DNA from: Selaginella moellendorffii
Taxonomy: Eukaryota > Plantae > Lycopodiophyta
Length of the DNA: 64,000 nt
NCBI RefSeq assembly: GCF_000143415.4
Contig: NW_003314272.1
Location: 1,088,184-1,152,183, forward strand
Direction of reading: 5' to 3'
Below the pieces are notes generated by a model. The model was not told the DNA's origin, searched no databases, and saw only the letters and a program-made list of their open reading frames with translations. Made by a program: the position numbers and the translations under genes. Below, one piece after another: positions 34,022 through 47,465 of this stretch. The stretch's first letter is position 1, and every line of letters starts with the position of its first letter.

Positions 34022-37000
34022 CTTTTTAAGAATATACATGGTCATACATGGGTTGTATATTCTTAAGATATAGAATGCATGTGTCAATGGTCCTGATTTA
34101 CAAATAACATGCCATACCATGGACGGCTTGGAGTAAGTACTTAAGCTGGTCCAGATGTGCTCAGAGACAGGCTTGCAGCATGTAACATGTTCAGAAATGT
34201 ATGAGAGACGTAAGTCTGTTAATGAATTTACTTAACAAATGAAGGCTAAACACAGTTTGTATTAGTGATAATTATGAAAATTGTAATTGTGAGTGCATGG
34301 AATATGGAAAGGGAATACAGAAATGTGCATATCAATTAGCCCAAAAACCCTAACTTATATACAGGAGCGAGTGGTCCGGATTGAAACCAATCCGACGGCT
34401 ACCAAAATCCCACTATGCTAATATTAATATACGGCATCGTAGCCGTACACTTGGCCCTCACATCATCCCCTCCTCTCGGAATAATGGAAGGCTATCAAGG
34501 TTCTCTTGTAGATGGGCTGGGATCTGGAGGAACGTTAGGGGGAGGCATCGGCGGATCTGTAGACGGTATTAACTGCTCCTGATCCCTTTGTATGAAGCAT
34601 TTCAACCGCTGTACATGCACAATCTCCGGAGGATCGGCCTGCTGGACGTCATGCTGAACCTCATAAACTTGGGGTCCAACTTGCCGCAACACCTGATATG
34701 GTCCTTTCCACTGCGCAAGGAGCCCCTTAGATAAACCACATACCGTAAGATGGGGAAAACGGACTAACACCAAATCATCCACTTTGTACTCTGCAGGTGG
34801 ACGATGATGGGAGTTGTAGCACTGTTGTTGTCCCACTTGTACGCGGTCTAAGTGTTCGGCAGACTCTGCTCGGACAAGTGGAAGAATGCTCATCAAATAT
34901 TGATCCCATGACCTAGCATCAGGAGCTCGTGGCAATCGTGAAGGTAAACCTAGCTCTGGATCATGACCATATAGAAGTTTATATGGTGAAGCACCAACAA
35001 AACTCTACACCCCTGTGATATAGGCATACCGAAGAGACGGCAAATAACCATCCCAATCCGAATGCTGAAAGTTCACATACTTCGCAATCATCCCTTTGAA
35101 TGTTCGAACGAGCCGTTCCACCAAACCGTCTGATTGTGGATGATAAACACTTGTAAAAGTGTGGCGTATCCCCAACCGAGACATCAAAACATGAAATACC
35201 TCAGCCATAAATGCAGGACCATTATCCGAAAGAATCCGCTCTAGACAAGAATGTTGGAACACCACTCGATTTAGGAGAAAGTATCCAACAGCAGTTGCCG
35301 AGGCGCTAGCAAGAGCACCAACTTCCACTCAACGAGTCAAGTAGTTAGAAGTAGTAATAACATATTTATTGCTAGCAGTCGACCGTGGAAAAGGTCCCAT
35401 AAGATCAAATGCCACCAACTCAAACGGACGGGAAACTACAATTGACTCCAACCGTCCTTCCGTAGCACAAAGGGGAGTATTACGTGTTTGGCACCAAACG
35501 CAGCTACGCACATACTGGATAACATCATGTTGCATCTTTGGCCAATAGAAAGACCTATGCAGCTTCTCGGTCACACGACGATGTCCCATATGCCCACCTA
35601 GAATAGGAGAATCATGGTAGGCATGGAGAAACTGCAGAATAAAGATAGAAGGTACCACCAGTCGTGAATGATCATTAGCATCCATCCCCACAAAATAAAG
35701 AAGGCCATCTTCAAGGCGATATTGAGAATGTAAATGCCAGAAAGGCAAGTCATCAACAAGTGATGCAGGATCCTCAAACGCATCTCGAAGCCTTCGAATC
35801 CATAGCTCAATCTTTTGAGCCTCGCGAACCTCATCAAGAGAAGGTAGATCTTGCTCTGCGCCTTGTGGACATTGAACATCAAGTATAGCAACCGCCAACG
35901 GCACAGAATCCTCGTCTAGAAAATCCACAGATGCTGGAACAACAGGCTCATCAGAAACAGGAGAAGAGAGTGGAGAAGGAAGAGGAGCTTGAGAAAGGGC
36001 ATCAGCATTAGCCATAGAACTCTTTGGGCGATGAACAACATCAAAATCATATATCTGAAGCTTTAAAGCCCACCGAGCAGTACGACCAACCAGGTTCTTC
36101 TGCTTCAATAATGAAATAACGGCAGCATGGTCACCTTCAAGTAATGTCCGAGAACCATGTAGATATGCATGAAGTTTCTCGAAACCCCAAACTGCCGCTA
36201 AAAACTCCTTCTCTGTCGTGGAGTAGTTCACCTCCGCTAGTTGTAACGTACGGCTTATATATGCAATGGGATGATGCTAACCAAGCACACTCAGGCTCTC
36301 TTGCATTAACACAACTCCAAGACGAATATCAAAAGCATCAACGCGCAAAATAAAAGGTCGAGTGTAGTCAGGATATGCCAAAACCGGAGGAGTCGTCAAC
36401 AGCACTTTGAGATCCACAAACGCCCGCTCACAATCGAAAGACCAGATGAAAGATGACGTTGATGACTTCAGCAACGCTCGCAATGGTGTAGTGCGATCGG
36501 AAAGATGATCCAGAAAACGACCAAGATATTGCACCTTGCCCAGGAAGCGCTGCACATCATTCACACACTTCGGAGTAGGGAACTTTAGAACGGCTACGAG
36601 TTTGTCAGGATCAACTTGTAAACCCTCACGAGAAATACGGTACCCAAGATAAGTTGTGTCTTTGGACTCAAACACGCACTTCGACCGCTTCAGCTTTAAA
36701 CCAACATCCCGTAGCCAATCCAACACTTTACACACATCACGAATGTGCTCTGCCCACGTCCCCTCCGAGTGAATCAAGACATCATTAATGAAGTCAGCAG
36801 TCACCTCTAGCATATCACAAAGAACTTCGTCCATCATCTGCTGGAAAGTTGCTGGAGCATTGTTCAAACCAAACGGCATCACCAAGAACTCGTACAAACT
36901 AAACGGTGTACGAAAATCAGTCTTAGGAATATCTTCGTCAGCATCGGTACTTGCCAGTACCCAGAAGCAAGATCTAGCTTGGTGAACCAACGACTTCGCC

Positions 37001-37907
37001 CCAGACGATCCAAAAGATCAACAGTGTGAGGAAGAGGGTACACATCTAAGATCGTCACTTCATTTAACGGACGATAGTCGATGCAGAAACGAATACTTCC
37101 ATCAGGCTTTGTCACAAGATGAGGTTCACATGCCCAAGGACTCTGCGACTTCCGAATAACACCCTTCTCCAACATCTCCTTGACGTTTGCACGTAAAATC
37201 TTGATCTCCTTGGGTGACCGACAACGAACAAGAACTTTGATTGGACGAGCATCCCCGGTTGGAATGGGATGACGTGTGGCAATCTTGGCCCCAGACGATA
37301 GGTCAAATTCAAAGAAATCAAAATACTCCTTCATGAGCTGGTCAACAGCTGCAACACAAAGATCATCGGAGGGATCGGAAAAGGGAAGAGCAGAACAAGA
37401 TGGAAACACAAGAGGAAATAGTGGGGGAATAAAAGTAATGGAAACAGAGGTAGAAGTAAAGGGACGAAAAGGTACGGAAGTGAGAGGAATGAATGAAACA
37501 TAAGGAAGTATGAGACAAGGGGGAGAAGCCTCAAAGTCACATTTGGCATGATTGCGCTGCAACCAATCCATACCAAAAATGAGGTCAAAAGCTTAACTCG
37601 GCACCACCCGCAACGACTGCAACTCAAGCTCAAGATCACCCACATGCACAACCAAGTCCGCCTCATCTCGTGCACATGCATGGGTATGGCTGTTGCCATA
37701 AAGAATGAAAACTGGATCCGCCGCACGACGCAAGTGTAGACGACAACGTGTGGCAACAGGTCGAGCAATAGAAGATAAACTCAAACTTGTATCAACCAAC
37801 ACGGAGAGAAGAATAGGAGACCTCATGTTATAAAAACGAGCTTGGAAAGTAAACACTTGATGAACCAGTGCCGAGTGAACCCCTTGATGATACTCTTGAA
37901 AGAAAGA

Positions 37908-37970
37908 TGGAGGGGTCACTAACATATTCGCGCAAGGTCCCTCCATTACTCCCGCGACTCTTCATTTCCC
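37908..37970 (-). promoter_or_regulatory. Putative -1 frameshift signal of element A
   Basis: G_GGA_AAT, 6-nt spacer and the same two pseudoknot stems as in element B. Confidence 0.75.
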
Positions 37971-38823
37971 GGATGCACCTCGGTATCCAAACCTTCCACC
38001 GCAGCAGCACCAACAGGACGTTGCTGACGCCAAGGTCTCCACCCAGGAAAGGGAGGTCGCCAATCCAGAAAGCGCCGACAACGCTGATAAGTATGACCAA
38101 CTTCATCACACGCCCAACAACAAACATCACGGCCATGACCACGTCCTCGCCCTTGTCCTTGGACTCGAGTAGAGCAGCATCAACCTCCATTGGAACAAGA
38201 CCATCACTCATAGGAAGGGGAGCGGAAGGACGTGTAGTGAGATGTGGAAGAGGCGACGTCTCATAACGTTGTGCCAAGCGAAGAGCATCGTCAAGGGTGG
38301 CAGGAGCAAGTGCATGCACAAGTCCGACAAGATCTTGACGAAGTGCTGGTCACAACGTTCCTAGCTTGATCCGCTCCGACATATTAGGCTCCGCTCGAAG
38401 CAAAAGACTTCGGAAACGAACGCCAAATTGCATCACCGACTCAGATGACCCTTGGCGAAGACGATGCAATTGTTGGAAGGCATCATCACAATCATCGGCG
38501 TGTCCGAAGGCGCGTTTGAAGACGTCCGGAAGAACACTCCAATCGCCACGAGTGGCTGTGCTCAATCCATTGTACCACTGCAACGCTGTCCCTTGGAGAC
38601 ATGTGGGGAACTCACGCAAACGTTGAGCATCATCCCAAGAATGATATGTGGCAATCACCGTGAAGTGATCGAACCAATGGTACACATCATCCCCAGGATT
38701 CCTACGAAAGAACTCCGGCCGAATGCGAGGATTGTGTAAGGAACCAACTCGCCGAGGTGTCGTAGGCTAAAGGAACCCCGAAAGCATGACCAAAATGACA
38801 AAGAGTTCATCGGATGGGACCAA

Positions 38824-39098
38824 GTCAAAGATCGAGTCCAAGACCGACTCTAGGACCGAGTTCGAGATAGAGTCCGGAATCGAGTCCGAGACCGACTCGG
38901 GGACCGAGTTCGAGTCCGAGTTCGAGACCGAGTTCGAGACGGAGTCCGAGATCCGAAATCGGGTCCGAGACCGAGTCCGAAATCGAGTCCGAGGTCGGGC
39001 CCGAGATCGGGTCCGAGATCGAGTCCGCGATCGAGTCCGAGACCGAATCCGAAGTCGGATCCGAAATCGGATCCGAGATCGAGCCAGAGACTAAGTCC
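38824..39098. repeat. Degenerate hexamer array (GAGTCC/GAGACC/GAGATC) in the element C LTR; second copy at about 46075-46349
   Basis: Visible 6-nt periodicity in both LTRs. Confidence 0.9.
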
Positions 39099-39941
39099 AA
39101 ATACTAATACGGGTCAAGGGGTGAAAGCCCAAAGCGTGCGTCCCCCAGGGGGGGGGGGCTGCAGGGGGTTCCAAAAGTATAGTAGGGATAGTGAGGTCCA
39201 GGAACCAGTTTTGAAGGGACTCTCCAGTTGGGCTTCCAAACTGACTTGAGGTTGGGACTGGGACCGAGGGGCCTTGGGTGGGAGTGAGCATGGACTTGGC
39301 TGGTGCCGAAGGGGCCATCCGAGGAAGTGCTCAAGAGCAGCTCCCACTCCCGAAAGGGAAACCGATTGCGGTGCTCCCGGCTCATGTGGAGTGGTGCCCC
39401 ACTTGAGTACCATGCGGCTCATTGGTCCTCGCCCTTCCTAGGGGTTTGGGCCTTCCTTCGGGATGGAAGTGGGGGGCGAGAGGTACCCATACCGGGCCGC
39501 TAGGCCACGGTGTTTCGCCCCGACGTCCTGAAGCAAGTGTTGCACTCAAGACTTGGGATTTAGAGGGTCCCATGATCAAGTCTTGTGGTACCAAGGGATG
39601 TTAGGAACCTGGAAGCTTGGTGTGCTTGGCTGCTTGTGCTTGCGGGGAGTGTAGCCGAACCTTAAGTCCAGTCTAACCCGGGGAGGGGGATTGGGAGTGA
39701 TTTGGGAATCCGTGGAAGGATGGCTAACACTCCGTTGCTCGTGCAGTGAGTAGCTGAAACCAAGTAGGAGCTGGTACCATAGGCGAGAACCTTGGCGAGG
39801 GAACTTAGTAAAAGCCAAGGCAGTGTTGGACGGATAGACGAGGTAAGCTGGCAAATTGGAAAGGAAAAATTTGTGGCCTACAATTTGGTATCGGAGCCTT
39901 TATCTCAGTTCTAGCGAAGGATAGAGGCGGATTGCTGGGAG

Positions 39942-42900
39942 ATGGCAAGGGCAGGGCGTAAGCGAACCCAGGCGGAGACGGAACCTCCGCCGGAGCTGGA
40001 GCCTCCGGTCGAACAAGAGGCTATGGATGAGGAATCCTTGCATGAGGAGGACTCTAGTGAGGAAACTTCCAAACAGGAGTCCGGTGGCGAGGTTCGGTCG
40101 TCCAAGGCTCGATTGGACGTGCTAGAAGGACAGTTAGCACAGACCAATGCCCTGCTGGAAACTCTCGTACGCAAGCTAAAGCGTGACGAGAGGCGGAAGA
40201 AAAAGAAAAAGACTGCGGATGCTGGCAGCGCAGAAGGTGCGGATCTTTCGGCCGGGACTGAGGCAAAACTAGACAAGGTCGAACAGACCGAAGTAGAATC
40301 AGTCCCTCAGGCAGTTCCCAAGTACAAACCAAAGCCCCCACCGGTCTTCAAGGGAGTGAACGACTATAAAGTGGTGGAGGATTGGTTTTACGATATGGAG
40401 GACTACTTCCGAGCGTTGCGATTACCGAGCTCGGAGAAGGTCCCATGTGCAAAACCATACTTGGCAGATAATGCCAAGTCTTGGTGGAGAACGACGGAGG
40501 CCAACGAAGGACCAGTGGCCACTTGGGACATGATGAAGGCGAGGATCCGCGCAACATACGTTCCTCCGAATGCCACTCTGCATCTGAGAGATGAGCTGAG
40601 TAGGCTAAAGCAGACTGGAACCATCCAGGAATATGTGAATGGGTTCATGGCAAAGAGGATACTTGTCACGGACATGGGGGATATGGATGCGTTCCATGCC
40701 TTCATATCAGGTTTGCAAACCTGGGCTCGCGGTGAGGTGATGCGGTGGAACCCGACCAACTACAAGGAAGCGTTGGATGCGGCCATCAAGGTGCATTTCA
40801 ACGATAACCTGCGAAAAGGGAACACGACGGGGTCGGGATCCACATTTAGCAAAGGGGCCAAACCAAGGGGAACGTATAGCAAGGGGAAATTCAAAAAGAG
40901 TTTCTCTAAGAATGAGTCCTCGGGGTTCCGGAAAGGCAAATCCGGTGGCCAGCGAGCGAGTACGTGGGGGAGTCAAGCGAAAAAAGACAAACCCACGGAT
41001 AAGAAGGTCAAGTCGTATAGCAGCGTGGGAAACAACGTATGCTACAACTGCGGCGAAACAAAACACTTCTCAAGGGAATGTCCCTACCCGAAGAAGGCCA
41101 GAGCCAATATGGCCATCAAGTCGGGTGAAGTCCAAACTGAGGTATGTGATCCAGTCCCTAACTCAAAGTTACTCATTACACGAGCAACTTTGGTAGAGAG
41201 TCGTTCGCGACATCTACTAGCCCTCCGAGGGAAGCTCGGAGGTAGCTTTGTTAAGATCCTTATTGACACGGGTGCTTCGGATAATTTTGTGGCTGCAGAC
41301 ATAGTCCGGCAAGCCGGACTAACGGTGCAGCGGCTAGGCCAACCAAGGACTATAGAGTTTGTTCAGGGTAGCCAAAGCACCGATGAGGTACTTCGACAAG
41401 CGAGAGTCGAAGTGGGGACATGGAAAGTGGACATGGATTTCACCGTCTTGGACATGGCGGGATTTGACGTGATCTTCGGAATGGATTGGTTTAATCGGTT
41501 CGTGGTAGCCTTGCATGGACAAGGTAGGAACCTTGTGGTATTGGCGAATGCCCAAGGAAGAAGATCTAGGGTGGAGGCCCAGGATCTAAAGGTAGGGCAA
41601 AGCAAGGCCAAAGAGTCATGCTTAAACCTGGTGTCCACGAGAGGACAACTCACTAAAGGAACTAAAGCAGCCTTTTTGTGCTTACTCTCGGTGAAGAGTG
41701 ACAAAAAGACAAGAACGGAAGAAGTACCTTTAGTGATCCAGCAGGTGCTGGACCAATTCCAGGATACCATGCCGGAGGAGCTACCGGCGGGGTTGCCCCC
41801 CGCACGACCGATAGAACATAAGATTGAGCTGGTCGAGGGTGCTGAGGCGGTGGTTCGTCCACCCTATCGATTGAACGAAAAAGAACTCAAGGAGCTCAAG
41901 AGCCAACTAGAGGAGTTGGTGGACAAAGGGTATGTTAGGTTGAGCAAGTCGCTGTATGGGGCGCCGGTGCTATTCGTGAAAAAGAAAGATGGATCTATGC
42001 GTATGTGCATAGACTACCGGTTGCTCAACAAGTATACCAAGAAGAACAAGTACCCTTTGCCAAAGATTGAGGACCTGTTCGATAGGTTGGGAAAGGCAAA
42101 ATACTTCTCGAGGATTGACCTAAGGTCAGGATACTACCAGATCAGGGTAGCTGAGGAAGATGTCGAGAAGACAACCTATCGAACGAGGTATGGGAGCTTT
42201 GAGTTTTTGGTGATGCCCTTTGGGCTGTGCAATGCGCCGGCAACGTTTTCGGCGTTGATGAACCACGTCTTTGTACCCTATCTGGATCACTTCGTGGTCG
42301 TCTATATTGACGACATCCTGATCTATAGCGAGACGCTAGAGGAGCATGCCGAACACTTGGCGAAGGTGTTTGAGAAACTAAGGGAACACAAGCTGTATGC
42401 TAAAGAGAGCAAATGTGACTTTGCTCAACAAGAGGTAAAGTTTCTCGGGCATGTGGTGGGCCAGGACGGGCTCAAAGTGGACCCGGAGAAGGTCCAAGCG
42501 ATCCAGGAATGGGAGCGACCATCGAATGTACATGAGTTGAGGGCGTTCCTGGGGCTATGCAACTACTATCGAAAGTTTATCAGACACTATTCGAGAGTAG
42601 CCCTGCCCTTAACGGATCAAACAGGAAAAGGGAAGATGGTATGGACAGCGGAATGCGAGGCGGCATTCGTCCACCTCAAAGGGAAGTTGAGGAAGGCTCC
42701 GGTGTTGGCATTACCAGACTTTGGTAAGGACTTTGAGGTAGACACCGATGCTTCGGACTTTGCGTNNNNNNNNNNNNNNNNNNNNNNNNNNNNNNNNNNN
42801 NNNNNNNNNNNNNNNNNNNNNNNNNNNNNNNNNNNNNNNNNNNNNNNNNNNNNNNNNNNNNNNNNNNNNNNNNNNNNNNNNNNNNNNNNNNNNNNNNNNN

Positions 42901-45583
42901 NNNNNNNNNNNNNNNNNNNNNNNNNNNNNNNNNNNNNNNNNNNNNNGTGTCCCGCGAGAGGTCCGTCATGACACTCTTCCAAGGCTACCTTCCTTAGTTC
43001 CCCTTCTGGAACATACACCCTCGTTTGCTTGTAATAAATGAGGCCGTTGCGTTCCGCATAGCCCGTTTTCTCTTCCGTTGGCAGCTCACCTCTCTGGTGA
43101 GCTTCCCGCGCCTCCAGATTCCTCAACAACACTTCTTGTGCTAGACCATCGTTCTCATATGCTGTCCGCACATCGTCCCAGAAGGTTGCTGTTGCGCTGG
43201 AGATCGCCAACCTCAAGCTCGCTTTTCGACTTAGCGCATCTGCCACGATGTTGCTCTTCCCAGGCTTGTACAGAATCTCGCAATCAAACTTGGCCAAGGC
43301 ATTGGCCCACCGACCTTGTTTCCCTCTCAGGTCGGGTTTTGACAGGAAGTGTTTCGTTGCCACATTGTCCGTGTAAACCTTGAAGTGTCTCCCAAGGTAG
43401 TGTCGCCACTCCTTGAGCGCCTTGACCACCGCAAACAATTCCTTCTCGTGGGCAGGCCACTTCCGTTGAGCCTTGTCCAGCTTCTTCGAGAAGAACGCTA
43501 CTGGATGGTTTGGACAGCGGAATGCGAGGCGGCATTCGTCCACCTCAAAGGGAAGTTGAGGAAGGCTCCGGTGTTGGCATTACCAGACTTTGGTAAGGAC
43601 TTTGAGGTAGACACCGATGCTTCGGACTTTGCGTTGGGCGCAGTTTTGAAGCAAGACAACCATCCAGTAGCGTTCTTCTCGAAGAAGCTGGACAAGGCTC
43701 AACGGAAGTGGCCTGCCCACGAGAAGGAATTGTTTGCGGTGGTCAAGGCGCTCAAGGAGTGGCGACACTACCTTGGGAGACACTTCAAGGTTTACACGGA
43801 CAATGTGGCAACGAAACACTTCTTGTCACAACCCGACCTGAGAGGGAAACAAGGTCGGTGGGCCAATGCCTTGGCCGAGTTTGATTGCGAGATTCTGTAC
43901 AAGCCTGGGAAGAGCAATATCGTGGCAGATGCGCTAAGTCGAAAAGCGAGCTTGAGGTTGGCGATCTCCAGCGCAACAGCAACCTTCTGGGACGATGTGT
44001 GGACAGCATATGAGAACGATGGTCTAGCACAAGAAGTGTTGTTGAGGAATCTGGAGGCGCGGGAAGCTCACCAGAGAGGTGAGCTGCCAACGGAAGAGAA
44101 AACAGGCTATGCGGAACGCAACGGACTCATTTATTACAAGCAAACGAGGGTGTATGTTCCAGAAGGGGAACTAAGGAAGGTAGCCTTGGAAGAGTGTCAT
44201 GACGGACCTCTCGCGGGACACGGCGGAGTGCCCAAGACGATGGGCTTACTCAAAAGGAAGTACCATTGGCCAGATATGGCTAAGGACGTCCAAGACTATG
44301 TAAAGACATGCCCAATATGTCAGCAAGTCAAAGCCGTGACGAAGGCTAGTGGGGGCTTGTTGCAAAGCATCCCCATTCCAGATCGTCCGTGGAAATGTCT
44401 CACGATGGACTTCATCACGGGACTACCCCCAAGCGAGGGGTTCGATGCGATATTCGTGGTGGTGGACCGATTTTCAAAGATGGCACATTTCATACCCACC
44501 ACAACGGACGTGGATGCGGAAGGTGTGGCGAAGCTGTTCTTCGAACAAGTGGTTCGAGTGCGGGGAAGGCCGGAAGAGATTATCTCAGATCGAGATAAGA
44601 TCTTCACTAGTAGGTTCTGGAGGACACTCCTAGAACAGTATCGCACCAAGTTGAAATTCAGCACAGCCTATCACCCACAGACAGGTAATGGGTATTAAGT
44701 CAAGATTGATGGCACTAACACTTCTTGACAGACGGACAAACGGAAAGGGTGAATAGGCAGCTGGAGGATTATTTGCGATGCTATGTCTCGGGAGACCAGA
44801 CCGACTGGGTAAGTCATTTGGGACTTGCGGAAATGTGTTATAACAACTCACCACATTCGAGCATCGGGGTGAGTCCATGGGAAGTCATCAATGGGCGAGC
44901 TATTGAAGGTCCTGTGGAACTCGGCGTGGCCGAGTATCATGGAGAGTTACCCACAGTGGAGGCATTCACGGTGGAAAGACTCAACATTTGGAATCTAGTG
45001 AGGGATTCCTTGGAACAGGCTCAACAAAAGCAAACTAAGTACGCAAACCAAAAGCGTCGGGATGTGGAGTTCCAAGCTGGGGAGAAGGTGTGGCTGAACA
45101 CCAAGAACCTCAGGCTACCAAGTGGGATCAGCCGAAAGTTGACCCAAAGGTAAAAATGCATGTATTCCTGTAAATGAATTGATCTTGAGTTCCTTAAGCA
45201 GGTTCGCGGGGCCTTACGAGATTGAGGCACGAATCGGTAAAGTGGCTTACCGACTCCGACTTCCTCGAGAGATGGGGAAGATGCACCCAGTGTTCCACGT
45301 GAACTTACTCAAGCCGTACTTTGAGGATCCGCTTCGCAAGGACCAAGTAAGACCTCTACCCGAGGTTATCCAAGGGGAAGAGGAATACGAAGTCGAGGCC
45401 ATCCTCAATGCGCGCAAGAGCAAGCGACAAGGACGCGAGGTGAGAGAGTTCCATGTGAAGTGGAAAGGATTTCCACACTGCGAAGCAACATGGGAACCAG
45501 AGGAGAACCTAGCGAACGCGCGAGATCTAGTGGAGGAATTTCTACATGGCAGAACTCTATGTACTTATGCAAAGTTCAATTAA
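39942..45583 (+). CDS. Gag-Pol of element C (in-frame gag, PR, RT, RH, INT, chromodomain) with two introns in the integrase region
   Basis: [39 protein letters not shown] / SDRD / GQTER, RFAGPY and chromodomain EYEVEAIL...VKWKGF...TWEPEENL. Introns at 44685-44731 and 45150-45201. An N gap and a local inverted duplication at 42766-43635 interrupt the assembly. Confidence 0.9.
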
Positions 45584-47362
45584 AAGTATCAATTTGAGAA
45601 GTTGAGCAATGGCATATGTTGGGACCCGAAGGCGCGCCGAAGGTAAGCTAATTAGCATGGGTTAGCTAGGTCGACCAGGCGTAGGGAGCTACGCCCGACT
45701 CCCTGCGGGGATGTCAAATCCGTAGACGTATTCTACGGAGGTTGGGTTCGAGTCCCAACCCCCTAGTAAAGCAAGGCTGGGTTCAAGTCCCGACCCTATA
45801 CTAGGGCGTGGTGAGGTGAGGAGTATAGGGACACCTATATTCCGTTGTCATGAGCTCTTGGCCGGGGAGGCTAACTTAGGCACACCGCTAAGTGGGGGGA
45901 TGCCCCCGGAGACATGGTCAACAAGTCGTAGGATAAAACGAGACATTTGATGTGGGCATCGAACTTCTTCTATGGGTGGTGGAGTTGTAAGGAACCAACT
46001 CGCCGAGGTGTCGTAGGCTAAAGGAACCCCGAAAGCATGACCAAAATGACAAAGAGTTCATCGGATGGGACCAAGTCAAAGATCGAGTCCAAGACCGACT
46101 CTAGGACCGAGTTCGAGATAGAGTCCGGAATCGAGTCCGAGACCGACTCGGGGACCGAGTTCGAGTCCGAGTTCGAGACCGAGTTCGAGACGGAGTCCGA
46201 GATCCGAAATCGGGTCCGAGACCGAGTCCGAAATCGAGTCCGAGGTCGGGCCCGAGATCGGGTCCGAGATCGAGTCCGCGATCGAGTCCGAGACCGAATT
46301 CGAAGTCGGATCCGAAATCGGATCCGAGATCGAGCCAGAGACTAAGTCCAAATACTAATACGGGTCAAGGGGTGAAAGCCCAAAGCGTGCGTCCCCCAGG
46401 GGGGGGGGGGGGGCTGCAGGGGGTTCCAAAAGTATAGTAGGGATAGTGAGGTCCAGGAACCAGTTTTGAAGGGACTCTCCAGTTGGGCTTCCAAACTGAC
46501 TTGAGGTTGGGACTGGGACCGAGGGGCCTTGGGTGGGAGTGAGCATGGACTTGGCTGGTGCCGGAGGGGCCATCCGAGGAAGTGCTCAAGAGCAGCTCCC
46601 ACTCCCGAAAGGGAAACCGATTGCGGTGCTCCCGGCTCATGTGGAGTGGTGCCCCACTTGAGTACCATGCGGCTCATTGGTCCTCGCCCTTCCTAGGGGC
46701 TTGGGCCTTCCTTCGGGATGGAAGTGGGGGGCGAGAGGTACCCATACCGGGCCGCTAGGCCACGGTGTTTCGCCCCGACGTCCCGAAGCAAGTGTTGCAC
46801 TCAAGACTTGGGATTTAGAGGGTCCCATGATCAAGTCTTGTGGTACCAAGGGAAGTTAGGAACCTGGAAGCTTGGTGTGCTTGGCTGCTTGTGCTTGCGG
46901 GGAGTGTAGCCGAACCTTAAGTCCAGTCTAACCCGGGGAGGGGGATTGGGAGTGATTTGGGAATCCGTGGAAGGATGGCTAACACTCCATTGCTCGTGCA
47001 GTGAGTAGCTGAAACCAAGTAGGAGCTGGTACCATAGGCGAGAACCTTGGCGAGGGAACTTAGTAAAAGCCAAGGCAGTGTTGGACGGATAGACGAGGTA
47101 AGCTGGCAAATTGGAAAGGAAAAATTTGTGGCTTACAGATTGGCACCAAGAGCAAGAGGAGTTGGACCACATGCCGTGAATGCCGCCATCAATTGAGTTT
47201 GGTTGTTCAATTGCAAGCGCATAGCATCAAACAATTGAACCAACTGCTGCTTTAGAGTCAAAGGAGGAGATTGCGGATCGGCCATGAAGATAAACGAAAA
47301 AGAAAGAGCAAAAAAAAAGAAATGACAAAAAACTGGAAAGAAATGGTAAATCAAGACAATGC

Positions 47363-47465
47363 AAAAAGCTAGATCTAAACCAAGATCCTGAAAAGAAAAA
47401 GCTAGATCTAAACCAAGATCCTGAAAAGAAAAAGCTAGATCTAAACCAAGATCCTGAAAAGAAAG
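47363..47465. repeat. About 33-bp tandem repeat (x3) in the 5' leader of element A
   Basis: AAAAAGCTAGATCTAAACCAAGATCCTGAAAAG occurs three times; element B has only degenerate units at the equivalent position. Confidence 0.85.

Larger units (their letters stand above)
38735..47137 (+). mobile_element. Full-length chromovirus (Ty3/gypsy) element C nested in gag of element A
   Basis: LTRs 38735-39882 and 45986-47137 (TG...CA; about 7 substitutions plus a G-run length difference by eye); TSD GATTG at 38730-38734 and 47138-47142; Met-type PBS TGGTATCGGAGC at 39886-39897. Confidence 0.96.

Noticed and set aside
38786-39100. ORFs encoding RVRDRVRD or SDSISD repeats (also 46037-46351 and 53354-54139)
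   Set aside because: By-products of stop-free hexamer arrays inside LTRs; they are open in several frames on both strands.
42947-43635. Inverted copy of RNaseH/integrase sequence (matching about 43657-44221) plus a direct re-copy of about 42636-42765, producing ORF 42617-43543
   Set aside because: Adjacent to an N gap, nearly identical to the neighbouring sequence and joined at a short GATGGT microhomology; most likely a chimeric read or misassembly rather than a real inversion.
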